Shown here in pieces: positions 39,950-49,687 of a DNA stretch of 64,000 nucleotides (positions are counted from its first letter, which is position 1; every line of letters starts with the position of its first letter). The notes beneath the pieces are model-generated. The model made no database searches. It saw only the letters and a list, made by a program, of their open reading frames with translations, and was not told where the DNA came from. Both the position numbers and the translations under genes were made by a program. This stretch comes from a virus. Taxonomy: Duplodnaviria; Caudoviricetes. Location: IMG/VR virus record IMGVR_UViG_3300009194_000005, positions 52,525-116,524 of that record. One strand, 5' to 3'.

Positions 39950-41089
39950 ATTTCGGCTGAATGTGCAGCAGATGCCGGGACCATCGGCCTCCTCAATCAA
40001 TTCCTGGAAGATTTGATCCAACTCAGGATTATAACGAAGGACGTTGGAATACACGAAGTTCAGTGCTTCATTGGCGGTATAGCCTCGTTTCAGTAGTTTA
40101 TTGATGATGTGATACTTCAGAAGCTGGGTGGCCATACCCCAAGGAATGTGGAGCTCCTGCCAGTGGTGAGGCTCTGACAGCGACGTGATCACACTCCGTG
40201 CCGAGAAGTGCAACCGTGAACCAAACACATGACGACGGAACATTCCGGGCTTTTGTGACAGCCTCGACTTCATGTAGCTACCATAGAAGGCGGCCAGCTC
40301 CCGAATGGCCTTGGCGGTGCGGTTCTCGATCACCTGCTGGCGCATCGGCACGGCCTTCGAGCGGATGCTCGAGATCGTGGCCACGGCATCCATTGCCATC
40401 CCCAGTGGTTTGTCGATGTAGACACCAGAGGTCGTGGACTCCACCACAAAACAGATTCGTGATGGGATCGGCAGATACTTCGGGAAGAACAGATGTTTGT
40501 TCTGTTCAATGAACTGCCTGAGCTCCCCCTTGTTGGCTTTGTTCGCGTCCACAATCGACGCACTGAACAGAAATTCAATGATCTGGTCGAAGTGACGAAC
40601 AAAGTTGTTCAGGCCCCGTGGTAGGTCGGCCTGTTCCAGTTTGTCCAGTTTCTTTAGCAGATCCTTGGATTTGATCTTGTCACGTTGGACATGATACCCG
40701 GTATTGGTCAGGTACTCCAGGAAACTGAAATCCTTAGACTTTAAAGGAGATTCCAGAATCATCCACGCTTCGGGGTTGATCAGTCTCTCGACACCTTCAG
40801 GGGCTCGAATCCAGAGCATGGACTGAATGGGTCGGGAAGTTGTGCTCTGCACCTGTGTGTTGCAGATATGACACTTCGTACCAATCCGGAAGACCCCGGT
40901 AAGATGACCGCAATCACACGCCGCGGCTTCTTCGATGGTGTCAGTGTCTTGATAGTGAGTGAAGAGGTGATGATCCAGCGCCTCCTTTTCTTCCGGGATG
41001 GCGGTATTGTAATCGTTGACAATGATGGGTTCGATGTCGAGTAACTCGAACTCCTGGTCATAGTCCACCAACTGAGCAAAGACACTCAT
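39950..41089 (-). CDS. nvRNAP beta' N-terminal subunit (phiKZ gp55-like), exon 1; spliced product 481 aa
   Basis: CDC..C..C zinc finger and KPGMFRRHVFGSRLHFSARSVI, the beta' KxGxxR..G.R..S.R.VI motif. Confidence 0.9.
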
Positions 41090-41092
41090 GGG

Positions 41093-41371
41093 TCACTCCT
41101 TATTGGCAGGGACGATAGATACCGGCTTATTCTCATCACTGACAATGACTTTGGGAAGCGTACCTAAATCTTTTACGGTGGGCGGTTGCTCCATCCGACG
41201 AGGGAAGTCACCGTCAGGACACTGCACCTGAATGTCGGTGATCCCAAACTCCTCCAGAGCCTTGGTGATTAATGCCGCCACGGTGGTTTTACCACAACGG
41301 CTTTGTGTACCACGGATACTGATGTGGATGATAGGCTGTTCGCTCACAGGTGTTCTCTCCGGACGAATCAA
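41093..41371 (-). CDS. small P-loop-like hypothetical protein
   Basis: GTQSRCGKTT motif. Confidence 0.5.
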   Translation of the reverse strand: MIRPERTPVSEQPIIHISIRGTQSRCGKTTVAALITKALEEFGITDIQVQCPDGDFPRRMEQPPTVKDLGTLPKVIVSDENKPVSIVPANKE

Positions 41372-41379
41372 AAAAATAA

Positions 41380-41403
41380 CAGAGCACCCCGAAGGGTGCT
41401 CTG
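41380..41403 (-). terminator. terminator after chimallin
   Basis: CAGAGCACCC-CGAA-GGGTGCTCTG with a T run on the minus strand. Confidence 0.7.
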
Positions 41404-41422
41404 CTTATCACAATGGTGGGGA

Positions 41423-43321
41423 TCAGTAGAGACGACCGCCACCAGTGACACCGCCGTAAGACGGACCACCGGAGTAGGTCTGACCACCACCGTAGCCCAT
41501 GGAGGCAGCACCAGACACCGCGTACTGGCCCACCATGGTGTTGCCTGCGAAGCGCTGACCGCCGATCACGGTGGTCATGGACTCGAAGTCCACATGCAGG
41601 CCTGCCTCGTGAGTGGCCTTGTCGAGCGCCTGAATGAACTCAGCGGTCAGGATCAGACGCACGGCACGACCGGTGATGCGCAGTCCCTTGGACAGGAACT
41701 GACGCTCCAGCTGCTCACGCTGTTGCATGCGCAGTTCGAACGGGCGGGACGGATCGCAATAAGTGGCGTACCACTCGTTGAAGGTCTGCATGTCACCTTG
41801 GGTCAGGTTGAGCATGGCCAGCACATCCAGGTCGCGGATATCCCGCTTCTCGCCGTCTTCGCCGATGTAATAGCCGAGGTGCACTTCCATGTTGGAGGGC
41901 ACCACGATCGGACGATCCTGCGGGAAGTGAGTGGAGAACCGACCGCCGGTCAGGTTGTCGGCAGCCTGGATCAGACGGCTGACGGCCTTGTTGCGGTTGG
42001 GGCCGTCACCGGCTGCATCGAGGAAGTAGTTCTCGATGGAGGCGTGGTCACCCACCGGGTTCACATCCAGCATGAACACCGGGTTGGGCTGGACGAGCAT
42101 GCTCATCATGTCAGCAAACTCTTGATCGGTGAAGGAGTCCGACTTGGTCTCGAACTTCTTCATGCTCTGGGTCTTGTAACCCAGGGCACCGATGTCCTTC
42201 ATGTCGATCCCGGCCTTACCGACCTGCGGACGGAAGGTCTGGGCCCAGGCGGTACCGGCGGTCACGCGGAATGCGTTGGAGATCGCCAGCAGGTACAGCT
42301 CGAAGGTCTGCGCCTGAATCCAGTCCGCCTGATCGACGGAGGTGATCACGAAGGAGGGAGTGAACAGCGGCTGAGGCTGCTGGGGCTGACCCCAACCCAT
42401 GTGCGGCTGTTGCTGCTGAGCACCAGTGTACTCCAGGTTCACGAAACCAGAGACGCTGTTGAAGTGCGTCTCGACTTCGTAGAAGTCCTCTTGTGCCTGG
42501 TTGTTGTTCACCTGACGGTTGAGCGACACCTGGATGTCGTTACGCACCGGCATGCCAGTGATGTCGTAGGACGGCTCACCAGTGAAGTCCACCCGTGCGG
42601 TGAGGCGCTCATCGTTGCGCTTGATTGCAGACACATTGAGCGGCTGTTCGCCCATCAGCATAGCCACCACGTCATCCACACGGTTGACGGAGGTCACCAG
42701 CAGACGAGCGACGAGATCCACTTCGGTGAAGTCGAACTCACGCGGGATCACCAGCGGGCCAGCGTCCACGACTTGCATCTCAGTGATGCCCTTATTGCGC
42801 TGCATGAACTCAGTGAGGCGCGCCAGGTAGATGTCGTTGAACACGTCCTGGGGGCGGGTCGGAGTCTCGATGCGATGAGAACCGTACTGCACCACGCGCG
42901 GCGGCAGGCGGACGCCCTCGGTATCGAGGATCAGGGTACGGACGATGGAGTACATCTTGCCCTGGACCTTGACGGACTTCGCCACGAGGATCGCGGAGAG
43001 GCCCACACGGTGCTGATCACGGTCGAAACGGATCAGCTCGAAGTCGTCGGACAGCTGCTGGCTGTTGATGGCTTCCTTGGATGCGTCGGTGAGTGCACGC
43101 AGGGCTTCGGCACTACGACCTTCGCTGCGGTCATAAGAACCGCTACGACGGAAGAGTTGGTTCATCGCACCGAAGCCGGCGGGACCTTGTTGCGGCTGCT
43201 GGGGCTGAGCGGTTTGCTGGTAGCCGGTGTTCTGCTGTGCCTGCTCCTGGTAGCCGGTGTTCTGCTGCTGAGACTGCTCCTGACCGGCTTGCTGGGACTT
43301 ACCCTTATCATGAATGGCCAT
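41423..43321 (-). CDS. chmA: chimallin, major phage nuclear shell protein
   Basis: 632 aa, immediately upstream of the beta' N gene (gp54-gp55 synteny), disordered Q-rich N-terminus and G-rich C-terminus, strong codon bias. Confidence 0.8.
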   Translation of the reverse strand: MAIHDKGKSQQAGQEQSQQQNTGYQEQAQQNTGYQQTAQPQQPQQGPAGFGAMNQLFRRSGSYDRSEGRSAEALRALTDASKEAINSQQLSDDFELIRFDRDQHRVGLSAILVAKSVKVQGKMYSIVRTLILDTEGVRLPPRVVQYGSHRIETPTRPQDVFNDIYLARLTEFMQRNKGITEMQVVDAGPLVIPREFDFTEVDLVARLLVTSVNRVDDVVAMLMGEQPLNVSAIKRNDERLTARVDFTGEPSYDITGMPVRNDIQVSLNRQVNNNQAQEDFYEVETHFNSVSGFVNLEYTGAQQQQPHMGWGQPQQPQPLFTPSFVITSVDQADWIQAQTFELYLLAISNAFRVTAGTAWAQTFRPQVGKAGIDMKDIGALGYKTQSMKKFETKSDSFTDQEFADMMSMLVQPNPVFMLDVNPVGDHASIENYFLDAAGDGPNRNKAVSRLIQAADNLTGGRFSTHFPQDRPIVVPSNMEVHLGYYIGEDGEKRDIRDLDVLAMLNLTQGDMQTFNEWYATYCDPSRPFELRMQQREQLERQFLSKGLRITGRAVRLILTAEFIQALDKATHEAGLHVDFESMTTVIGGQRFAGNTMVGQYAVSGAASMGYGGGQTYSGGPSYGGVTGGGRLY

Positions 43322-43405
43322 TACGTTTTCCTTCTCTCTTGGGTTGGGTTCTTACTAACACAACGATAGCGCTATCGTTTTGCTTGCCTTGCGGTTGGCA
43401 GGGTA

Positions 43406-43424
43406 GTGATATAGGTCCGAATTC
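43406..43424 (-). promoter_or_regulatory. early-type promoter of chimallin
   Basis: GACCTATATCAC on the minus strand, about 85 nt upstream of the ATG. Confidence 0.6.
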
Positions 43425-43524
43425 ATTTGGGATCACACCACTACCCGATATAGGGGCATAGGGTGTTGTCCTAACCTTTCAGTCGGACATAGGGTCTCTA
43501 CATATCATACACCCCTGAGTATTT

Positions 43525-43908
43525 TTATTCTTCTGTTTCCTGGATATTGGCCTCGACATCCAGGTCACCCCCACTGCTGTGCAGACCGATTTCCAGATGA
43601 ACCACCTTTTCGCCGGCAGATTCAATAGCCTGAACACGCTCCGTCATCTCACGAAGCAGTTCGGTCATGTGATTGGGATCTTGCGTAAAATGATCCCGCT
43701 TGGGGAGACTTTCCCCATTGGTGTATTCGATCAGTCCCATCAGGGTATAGGTGACCTCCGTACGTTTCCAGCGCAGATCGTCCTTATGGTGTTCGGCAAT
43801 CACCTCGTTACGGACATCCGCGCTCTCCCGGCGGTAGCGCTCCATGATCTCCGTTTCCACATTATGAAGGGCGTCAATCGCCATCCGGACTTGTTGAAGT
43901 TCGTTCAT
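43525..43908 (-). CDS. hypothetical protein
   Basis: GGAG RBS; promoter motif at 43960. Confidence 0.7.
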   Translation of the reverse strand: MNELQQVRMAIDALHNVETEIMERYRRESADVRNEVIAEHHKDDLRWKRTEVTYTLMGLIEYTNGESLPKRDHFTQDPNHMTELLREMTERVQAIESAGEKVVHLEIGLHSSGGDLDVEANIQETEE

Positions 43909-44012
43909 TGCGTTCTCTCCGTTGGTGTTACGCTACAGTGTTGGTGTTACTGCAAGGCAATGATATAGATGTCAGTTATCCTTCATTCTTCTTATTCCAG
44001 TAGGACGGTGTC

Positions 44013-45110
44013 ATGTACGATCTTTTCAGTTCACCTCCTCGTCGGTTCACGGGGGCCTTACACTTCCCTGAGCTACCTTACCTGCGCCGTTCATTCGACC
44101 GTTTGCTTGGGGACGTGAAAAGCTATTATCATCGCTACCCCAAGTACGTGGGGAGTGACAACCTGTTTGGGAATCTGTTAAAGCATATACCACGTCGTTG
44201 GGACCTGGACGACCGACGTTATGTCCGCTTTGTGGAGGATGCCTCACGGGGCATCATGCGGGCCTTTTGGTTGACCGACGCCACCTTTCGGGGACGGGTC
44301 CATGAAAGCGGTATTACGTTAGGACCGAAAACCAACGAGGTCATGTTGGCTACCGAGGAGTCCTTTGATATCCAACGTGCGTCCCGAGAGTGGCGGGATT
44401 GGTCACCTATGACCTACCTGTATCACACTCGCACTGATTTAGGGTTGCCTATTCTTAACAACCAGAGTCCCGGCAAGGGTTGGGGTGTAGGTTGCATTAA
44501 CATCCCGATGCTTGCTCTACAGTACCGCTACTGGTTAAAAGCTCAAGCGGAACGGAACAGTGAACAGCCAGAGAGCGTTTACCGCTTTGTGGGGGGTTTT
44601 GTCCTACCCAATGCTGTAGATAGCTATCTGGATATTGCGGTGTTTAACCGGTTAGCGCGCCTGTCTCGGGGAATCAACACCAAGCGTTTCCCAACACCTC
44701 ATCCCTTCTACCTCACGGATTTCTCCCAACGGGTCGATAGACTCTGCGAGAAGATCCTTGAATCCCAAGAGAGGCGAAGTGAGGACATTGAGCAGGTTGC
44801 TTACACCACTCCCATGATCGTGAAACCCACACTGTTTGACGTCATGCAACTCCCTAAAGGACCGGTGTCTCGTCAAAACGAGTGGGTGCTTTATCTGGCA
44901 CGACTGCCATACCTTCGATATATCCTGGAGACCAGTGTCCGACATGGACGGGGAGACCGGAGCTTTCTCAATGAACTCCATGAAGGACTGGTAGAGGCAA
45001 GCCAAGACCGTATCTTCAGTGGGGTCGGTTCTCCGATGGTAGTGCAGCAATACCGGGAAAGTCTTCGGTATTTACTTTCCCTCCTTCAAAAGACCGGTCA
45101 CGGTTGGTAA
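44013..45110 (+). CDS. conserved phiKZ-like protein (gp52-like)
   Basis: 365 aa with INIPMLALQYRYW and FVLPN; opposite strand between chimallin and DNA polymerase. Confidence 0.7.
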   Translation: MYDLFSSPPRRFTGALHFPELPYLRRSFDRLLGDVKSYYHRYPKYVGSDNLFGNLLKHIPRRWDLDDRRYVRFVEDASRGIMRAFWLTDATFRGRVHESGITLGPKTNEVMLATEESFDIQRASREWRDWSPMTYLYHTRTDLGLPILNNQSPGKGWGVGCINIPMLALQYRYWLKAQAERNSEQPESVYRFVGGFVLPNAVDSYLDIAVFNRLARLSRGINTKRFPTPHPFYLTDFSQRVDRLCEKILESQERRSEDIEQVAYTTPMIVKPTLFDVMQLPKGPVSRQNEWVLYLARLPYLRYILETSVRHGRGDRSFLNELHEGLVEASQDRIFSGVGSPMVVQQYRESLRYLLSLLQKTGHGW

Positions 45111-45157
45111 CGGGCATAACAAGCTCTCCCCTAAACGGGGAGAGCGATATGTCGATG

Positions 45158-45490
45158 TCAGGCTTCGGGTTGGGTAAACACCACTGTTAGACCTTCGCGG
45201 TCAAGTTCCGATAAAAGGTGCTTCGGTACGGCCACATGACGACCGTCCTTCAGGGTATAAATGCTATCGCCAGGGCATACCACTTGACCATCCCCTCCAG
45301 TATCGAGCCAACCGTGGTGATCAAAGGTTGTCTTACATACAGGACAATGAGATACACCACTCAAAGAGGGATGTCGGAAGCGGCGAACCACCTTTCCTTC
45401 TGTCAAAAACGGACGACCATCACCATCCGTCATCTCTTGACACTGATCGTCGGGATGATCGCCGTTCTTAAACCACTGAACTACCTGCAT
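45158..45490 (-). CDS. conserved small phage protein
   Basis: QWFKNGDHP.D...EGKVVRRFRHP...C..C....H.HGW.DT...G..VCPGD. Confidence 0.7.
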   Translation of the reverse strand: MQVVQWFKNGDHPDDQCQEMTDGDGRPFLTEGKVVRRFRHPSLSGVSHCPVCKTTFDHHGWLDTGGDGQVVCPGDSIYTLKDGRHVAVPKHLLSELDREGLTVVFTQPEA

Positions 45491-45667
45491 CGTGAGCTCC
45501 TTGTTGTTAACCGTCAATCCACTCTTGCCATAGGACAGTGGCGATGTTGTGAAGGCGGGCATGGTGACCAATGATGTCCCAAAGGGTAGCGTGCATGATA
45601 GGTATCCTCGTTGTCGTAATAGGCGGCGTGCCTATACTATTTCGCTACCCTATATTGACAGAGTGTA

Positions 45668-47797
45668 TCAATAATAGTCGGAGATGAGGCGGGCAATCTT
45701 CTTATCTTGCATAAAGATCCCCAATGATTCCAACATGAGGTAGAACACCCCCATGGTATTGAAGATGATCTTTCTCGCGTCGATACCCGCCACGATCTCT
45801 TTCGGTATACCCGATGTTTCCACAACTGTTGCTGGGATCAATAGGGTCGAGAGATCCTTACGTCGACGTTCAATCATCCATGCCTTGAGTCGCTCAGCGA
45901 GTGCTGGGTTCTCCATACGCTCACACCATGCATCAAGGTCTGTTTTATTGCCGACAGCCAACGACACTTTCACCACAGCGTAGGGAGGCTCTTTGGTTTC
46001 ACCCAGGGAAGGTGCAAACACATCCCGCCATAGTTCGTAGTGCATGTAGTTAGACACGTCTGGGTTTTTGTATGATTCCTTAGACTTTACCTGCCCTGAG
46101 GTCATGTATTCTGACTGGCCGTTCTGAATACTTGCCATGATGTCACGTTCGATATCGCCGATACGTTTAAGGATATCACGGATGTCGAGTTTCTCTTCGG
46201 CTTTGATGGCGGCAATGATCTCTTCCATCATCTCCTTGGCGGTGTCATTAATGCGCTTAGGGACCTTTGAATCCCTAAGCCCTACCCCTTTCACCTCTAG
46301 CTTGGCTTTCGGGAACATCAAGCCTTCCTGGGCGTCCTGGGAGGCATAATAATGCTTCGACCGAGTGGTCATCGAGAGAACGGCAAAATAGAACTCGTTC
46401 TTCATTGCCAACAGGCGTAGGCGTTTATCAGACACCCCCATGTTAGCCGACTGAATGGCCAGGATATGCAGGATCAACTCACTGACCAAGAAGACCAAAC
46501 CGAATACTACTCGTTTGGCTTCAGGGGCATAGCTCACATGGCCAAAACACTGTTCTACCCAATATTGCATGGTGAACATGGTCGAGTCGGTGTCTGACAC
46601 AATCGCTGCACGACGGTAGGCGCTCGGAAAAGCATGGATCGAGCTGGGGACGGTGTTGGTTAGCCAAAAGGCGTGGATCAAGGTTTGGTATTTGGTCAGT
46701 ACGTCAATTGTGCGCTTTCCACTGACCTTAATCCGTTCCCAGATTTCCGGGTTATCTTTGAGTAGTTCTTCTTTGGTACGTCCTGCCACCTCATCAAAAC
46801 ACAAGAAGTTTGAGAGCATTTGGACGTCTTCGTCCAGCTCGTTATACGCCTCATCGCTGAACTGTTCTTGGTTCTCGTCGCCCTGTTGAGCTAGCTCTTT
46901 TAAGAACCCAACCACAAATTCCGGATTGAGCTTATGGAGGTGGTAGAGGTCTGATACATACAGAAAGGCGGCACGCTCATCGGGAGTGAGGTTCTCAGCA
47001 ACGGTACGAAACTTCTGAATGTGTTGTGGTGACTCCCAATAGAGATCGCTGGAATATCGGATACATTCGATAACATCTTCCGGCGTGGGATACTTGAGAT
47101 TAAATTGTTCCATCGCCTGACGGACTTTGGTGAGGTCTGTCTCACTGACAATAGCCAGTAGATTGGCTTTGGTGACTTCCGGATCATAATAGTGACGATT
47201 ACCCGCCAGGAACTTCTCGTTAGCCGAGTTGGCGTAAGACGTGGCCGTACGAACGGTGGAAGTCAAGGAACTGTGGGTGGACTTATAATAGAGGATCGTG
47301 GCGGTCGAAACCGTCGCCCCTGAATAGGAGTTATTGTTGATTTTGAGGTTATTCTGCTCACCTTTCTTGACCAACGCCAGCTCTTCGTTACCCTGACGTT
47401 CTGCCTCAAACATCTCCTTCTTTACGCCCTTACGCTTCTTGACACCTTCTTCGATGTACTGGGCGTGGGTGGCTTGTTTCACGTGATCGGGCAGATACGC
47501 CGCCATCGACGGCGACAACGTGAAGTTATTTTTCTTAACGCGATTCAAGAACGTCATGAAAGTGATGCCATCTTTCTGACGATCGCCATTCTTATCTTTG
47601 GCGAGTACCAGGGCACGCGGGTCTTTGAAGCCGCCTTCTTGTTTCGGGTGGGTTTTACGTTTCACGAAGTCCAGACAGTCGTCTAGAGGTTGTCCTGTTT
47701 GAAGGTGGAGGTACTTCGCCGCCTGGTTGTGGTAACCTTTAATGATATCCAGGTCGCGTTGGTATTCGTTGTCAGGCAAGATAAAGGGGTTCTGCAT
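45668..47797 (-). CDS. split family-B DNA polymerase, catalytic subunit (phiKZ gp50-like)
   Basis: Q..LKI.NNSYSG (motif B), SDTDS (motif C), KHY and KGV. Confidence 0.9.
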   Translation of the reverse strand: MQNPFILPDNEYQRDLDIIKGYHNQAAKYLHLQTGQPLDDCLDFVKRKTHPKQEGGFKDPRALVLAKDKNGDRQKDGITFMTFLNRVKKNNFTLSPSMAAYLPDHVKQATHAQYIEEGVKKRKGVKKEMFEAERQGNEELALVKKGEQNNLKINNNSYSGATVSTATILYYKSTHSSLTSTVRTATSYANSANEKFLAGNRHYYDPEVTKANLLAIVSETDLTKVRQAMEQFNLKYPTPEDVIECIRYSSDLYWESPQHIQKFRTVAENLTPDERAAFLYVSDLYHLHKLNPEFVVGFLKELAQQGDENQEQFSDEAYNELDEDVQMLSNFLCFDEVAGRTKEELLKDNPEIWERIKVSGKRTIDVLTKYQTLIHAFWLTNTVPSSIHAFPSAYRRAAIVSDTDSTMFTMQYWVEQCFGHVSYAPEAKRVVFGLVFLVSELILHILAIQSANMGVSDKRLRLLAMKNEFYFAVLSMTTRSKHYYASQDAQEGLMFPKAKLEVKGVGLRDSKVPKRINDTAKEMMEEIIAAIKAEEKLDIRDILKRIGDIERDIMASIQNGQSEYMTSGQVKSKESYKNPDVSNYMHYELWRDVFAPSLGETKEPPYAVVKVSLAVGNKTDLDAWCERMENPALAERLKAWMIERRRKDLSTLLIPATVVETSGIPKEIVAGIDARKIIFNTMGVFYLMLESLGIFMQDKKIARLISDYY

Positions 47798-48887
47798 GAG
47801 GGTCGTCTCCGGAAGGGGTTCTCTCTATGGGATAAGGCGGGCGGGTACTTTCCCTCAACGAGAACTGATGACGTTGCCAGTCAAATACGACATAAGGGAA
47901 CTCCCTTAGGAGTTGGTATATGAACCCATGGTGTTTGGCGATTGACATGACATTCAACCACGCGTTTAGTTTCTCTATTACTTTTCTCCATTCCCGGTAT
48001 GATAATTGACCGACGGGTATGTTCCTGATGTAGTGTCTGACTTTTCTTTTGAATTTCCCTAACAAGCGAATATGGTCATGGTAAATAAGAAACCCAAGAC
48101 CCACAATCCCAACATGTAGCGGCCTGACCTGCGATTTCTGTGGGTGTACGTCTAATGCAAGTGTGTTGTTTATCCATCTGGTAAGGTGGTTTAATAACCG
48201 ATGGGCGTTTTCTTTCCCTTTAACCACAATGAAAATATCGTCCGCGTAACGTAAATAGTATCTGAGTTTAAGTGCGGTCTTACAGTATTGGTCTACGACG
48301 TTCATGTACAGATTAGCTAAGAGTTGGCTGGTTAAGTTACCCAAAGGTAATCCAATGTGTCCTGGACTTCGCCTAACAATCGTTTTTAGTAGGTCTTTGG
48401 TGCGTTGGCAAACAAATTCAGCGCCTATGATCGATTCTAGGATAGTTCGTGATATACGATAGAAAAACTTTACGATGTCTAGTTTTAGAATATAGGCTTC
48501 TCCACCATAAATATCTCTTACCTGGGACAACAGCGTCTGTATCCTCAATACTGCTCGCTGATTCCCTCTTTCGGTAATACATGCAAACGAATCATCAATG
48601 TATTTCTCTTTCAGATAAGGCGCTACCACATTGTTGATAGCGTGTTGGACAATTTTGTCTTCGTAAGAGGGCGCGTAAATCAATCGTTCTTTGGGTTCGG
48701 TCACATAGAATTTATTATACGGTTTTGGATGGTAAGTTCCATCCATTAACCTGCGACGCAGCTGTTCTAATCCAACCTGACTATTAAAATAGAAGTCTAT
48801 CGCGGCGACTTTAAGCTTGGAAGTTCCTTTCTGTGTTTTAAGGTAGGCGTCCCATACGTTGGCCGGTGTGGTAATTTGATCAAACAT
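47772..48887 (-). CDS. DGR reverse transcriptase 2
   Basis: GLPLGNLTSQ, YLRYADD and DIVKFF. Start at 48887 chosen by homology to RT1; the ORF is open to 48917. Confidence 0.95.
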   Translation of the reverse strand: MFDQITTPANVWDAYLKTQKGTSKLKVAAIDFYFNSQVGLEQLRRRLMDGTYHPKPYNKFYVTEPKERLIYAPSYEDKIVQHAINNVVAPYLKEKYIDDSFACITERGNQRAVLRIQTLLSQVRDIYGGEAYILKLDIVKFFYRISRTILESIIGAEFVCQRTKDLLKTIVRRSPGHIGLPLGNLTSQLLANLYMNVVDQYCKTALKLRYYLRYADDIFIVVKGKENAHRLLNHLTRWINNTLALDVHPQKSQVRPLHVGIVGLGFLIYHDHIRLLGKFKRKVRHYIRNIPVGQLSYREWRKVIEKLNAWLNVMSIAKHHGFIYQLLREFPYVVFDWQRHQFSLRESTRPPYPIERTPSGDDPHAEPLYLA

Positions 48888-49076
48888 TAAGTTCCCTGAA
48901 ATACTCCCTGATGGCATAACACACAGTCCTGAGGGGTGGTCTTACGAACCCCTCAGGACAGGTACTTCTTTTCGTCTGGTAGTTTATCCAGACGCGATTG
49001 AGCCTCCTTTGACCGACAGTGAGAAAAGGAGTAAAGAAACCGTAGTCGCTTTATCGTTACTTATCTCGGCGGCCAG

Positions 49077-49162
49077 AGCAGGCCGCCACCCGTTGTTGGT
49101 ATTCGTATTCGTCGCAGTATTGCGATTGAAGTTCGACACACCATTGTTACCACGATTGACGC
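49077..49162 (-). repeat. DGR2 template repeat (TR)
   Basis: 86-bp copy of 49706-49791 containing ten AAC/AAT codons. Confidence 0.95.
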
Positions 49163-49205
49163 AAGTTTAAGACTCAATCGCAATAGCAGAAATGCTATTT
49201 CCAAT

Positions 49206-49547
49206 TTATCCCGATAACAACTCCCGGTGATTATGGGAAATAACATTCAATTTATATATGACATCATTATGGAACTCTTGATTGACGAATCGGTGTCGGT
49301 ATGCAAAATTCCAAAGGCTTACCAATATGTAAACATCTGCAATATTGTCACGTAAATTAGCTTTGCGTTTTGATGTCGTTTCATAAGCATGTAGTAATCT
49401 CGCCATTATAGAATGACTTATGTCCTTGATTCTTGCCGCGCTGCTGGGCTGTTCATACCTAGGAAAATTCTTTAACGTTGGGTAAATGTAATCAAACCAA
49501 ACTTCCATTTCGCGATATAGCTTAAGAAAAACTTCTTTACGGTACAT
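49206..49547 (-). CDS. avd: DGR accessory variability determinant (Avd) 2
   Basis: 113 aa from the ATG at 49547; YPTLKNFPRYEQ is homologous to Avd1. Confidence 0.85.
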   Translation of the reverse strand: MYRKEVFLKLYREMEVWFDYIYPTLKNFPRYEQPSSAARIKDISHSIMARLLHAYETTSKRKANLRDNIADVYILVSLWNFAYRHRFVNQEFHNDVIYKLNVISHNHRELLSG

Positions 49548-49564
49548 ATCTTTTCCTGTTTGGT

Positions 49565-49606
49565 AAAAAAGCCTGTGCCGGATGGAAAGAAGACCATCCG
49601 GCACAG
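49565..49606 (-). terminator. 13-bp hairpin plus T6 between DGR2 target and avd
   Basis: CTGTGCCGGATGG/CCATCCGGCACAG followed by GCTTTTTT on the minus strand. Confidence 0.7.
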
Positions 49607-49687
49607 TATAGTGCACATACGTAATTCCGTCGACTGCGTCAGCGACGTGGCGCTTCCGACGGTCGTCGACGTCCACTCAGTGGTCTG

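Noticed and set aside
41303-43369. 688-aa plus-strand ORF
   Set aside because: It is the antisense shadow of the strongly codon-biased chimallin gene, with no motifs or RBS.
49548-49676. N-terminal extension of Avd2 in the ORF track
   Set aside because: It spans a terminator hairpin. The ATG at 49547 has an RBS and gives a length matching Avd1.
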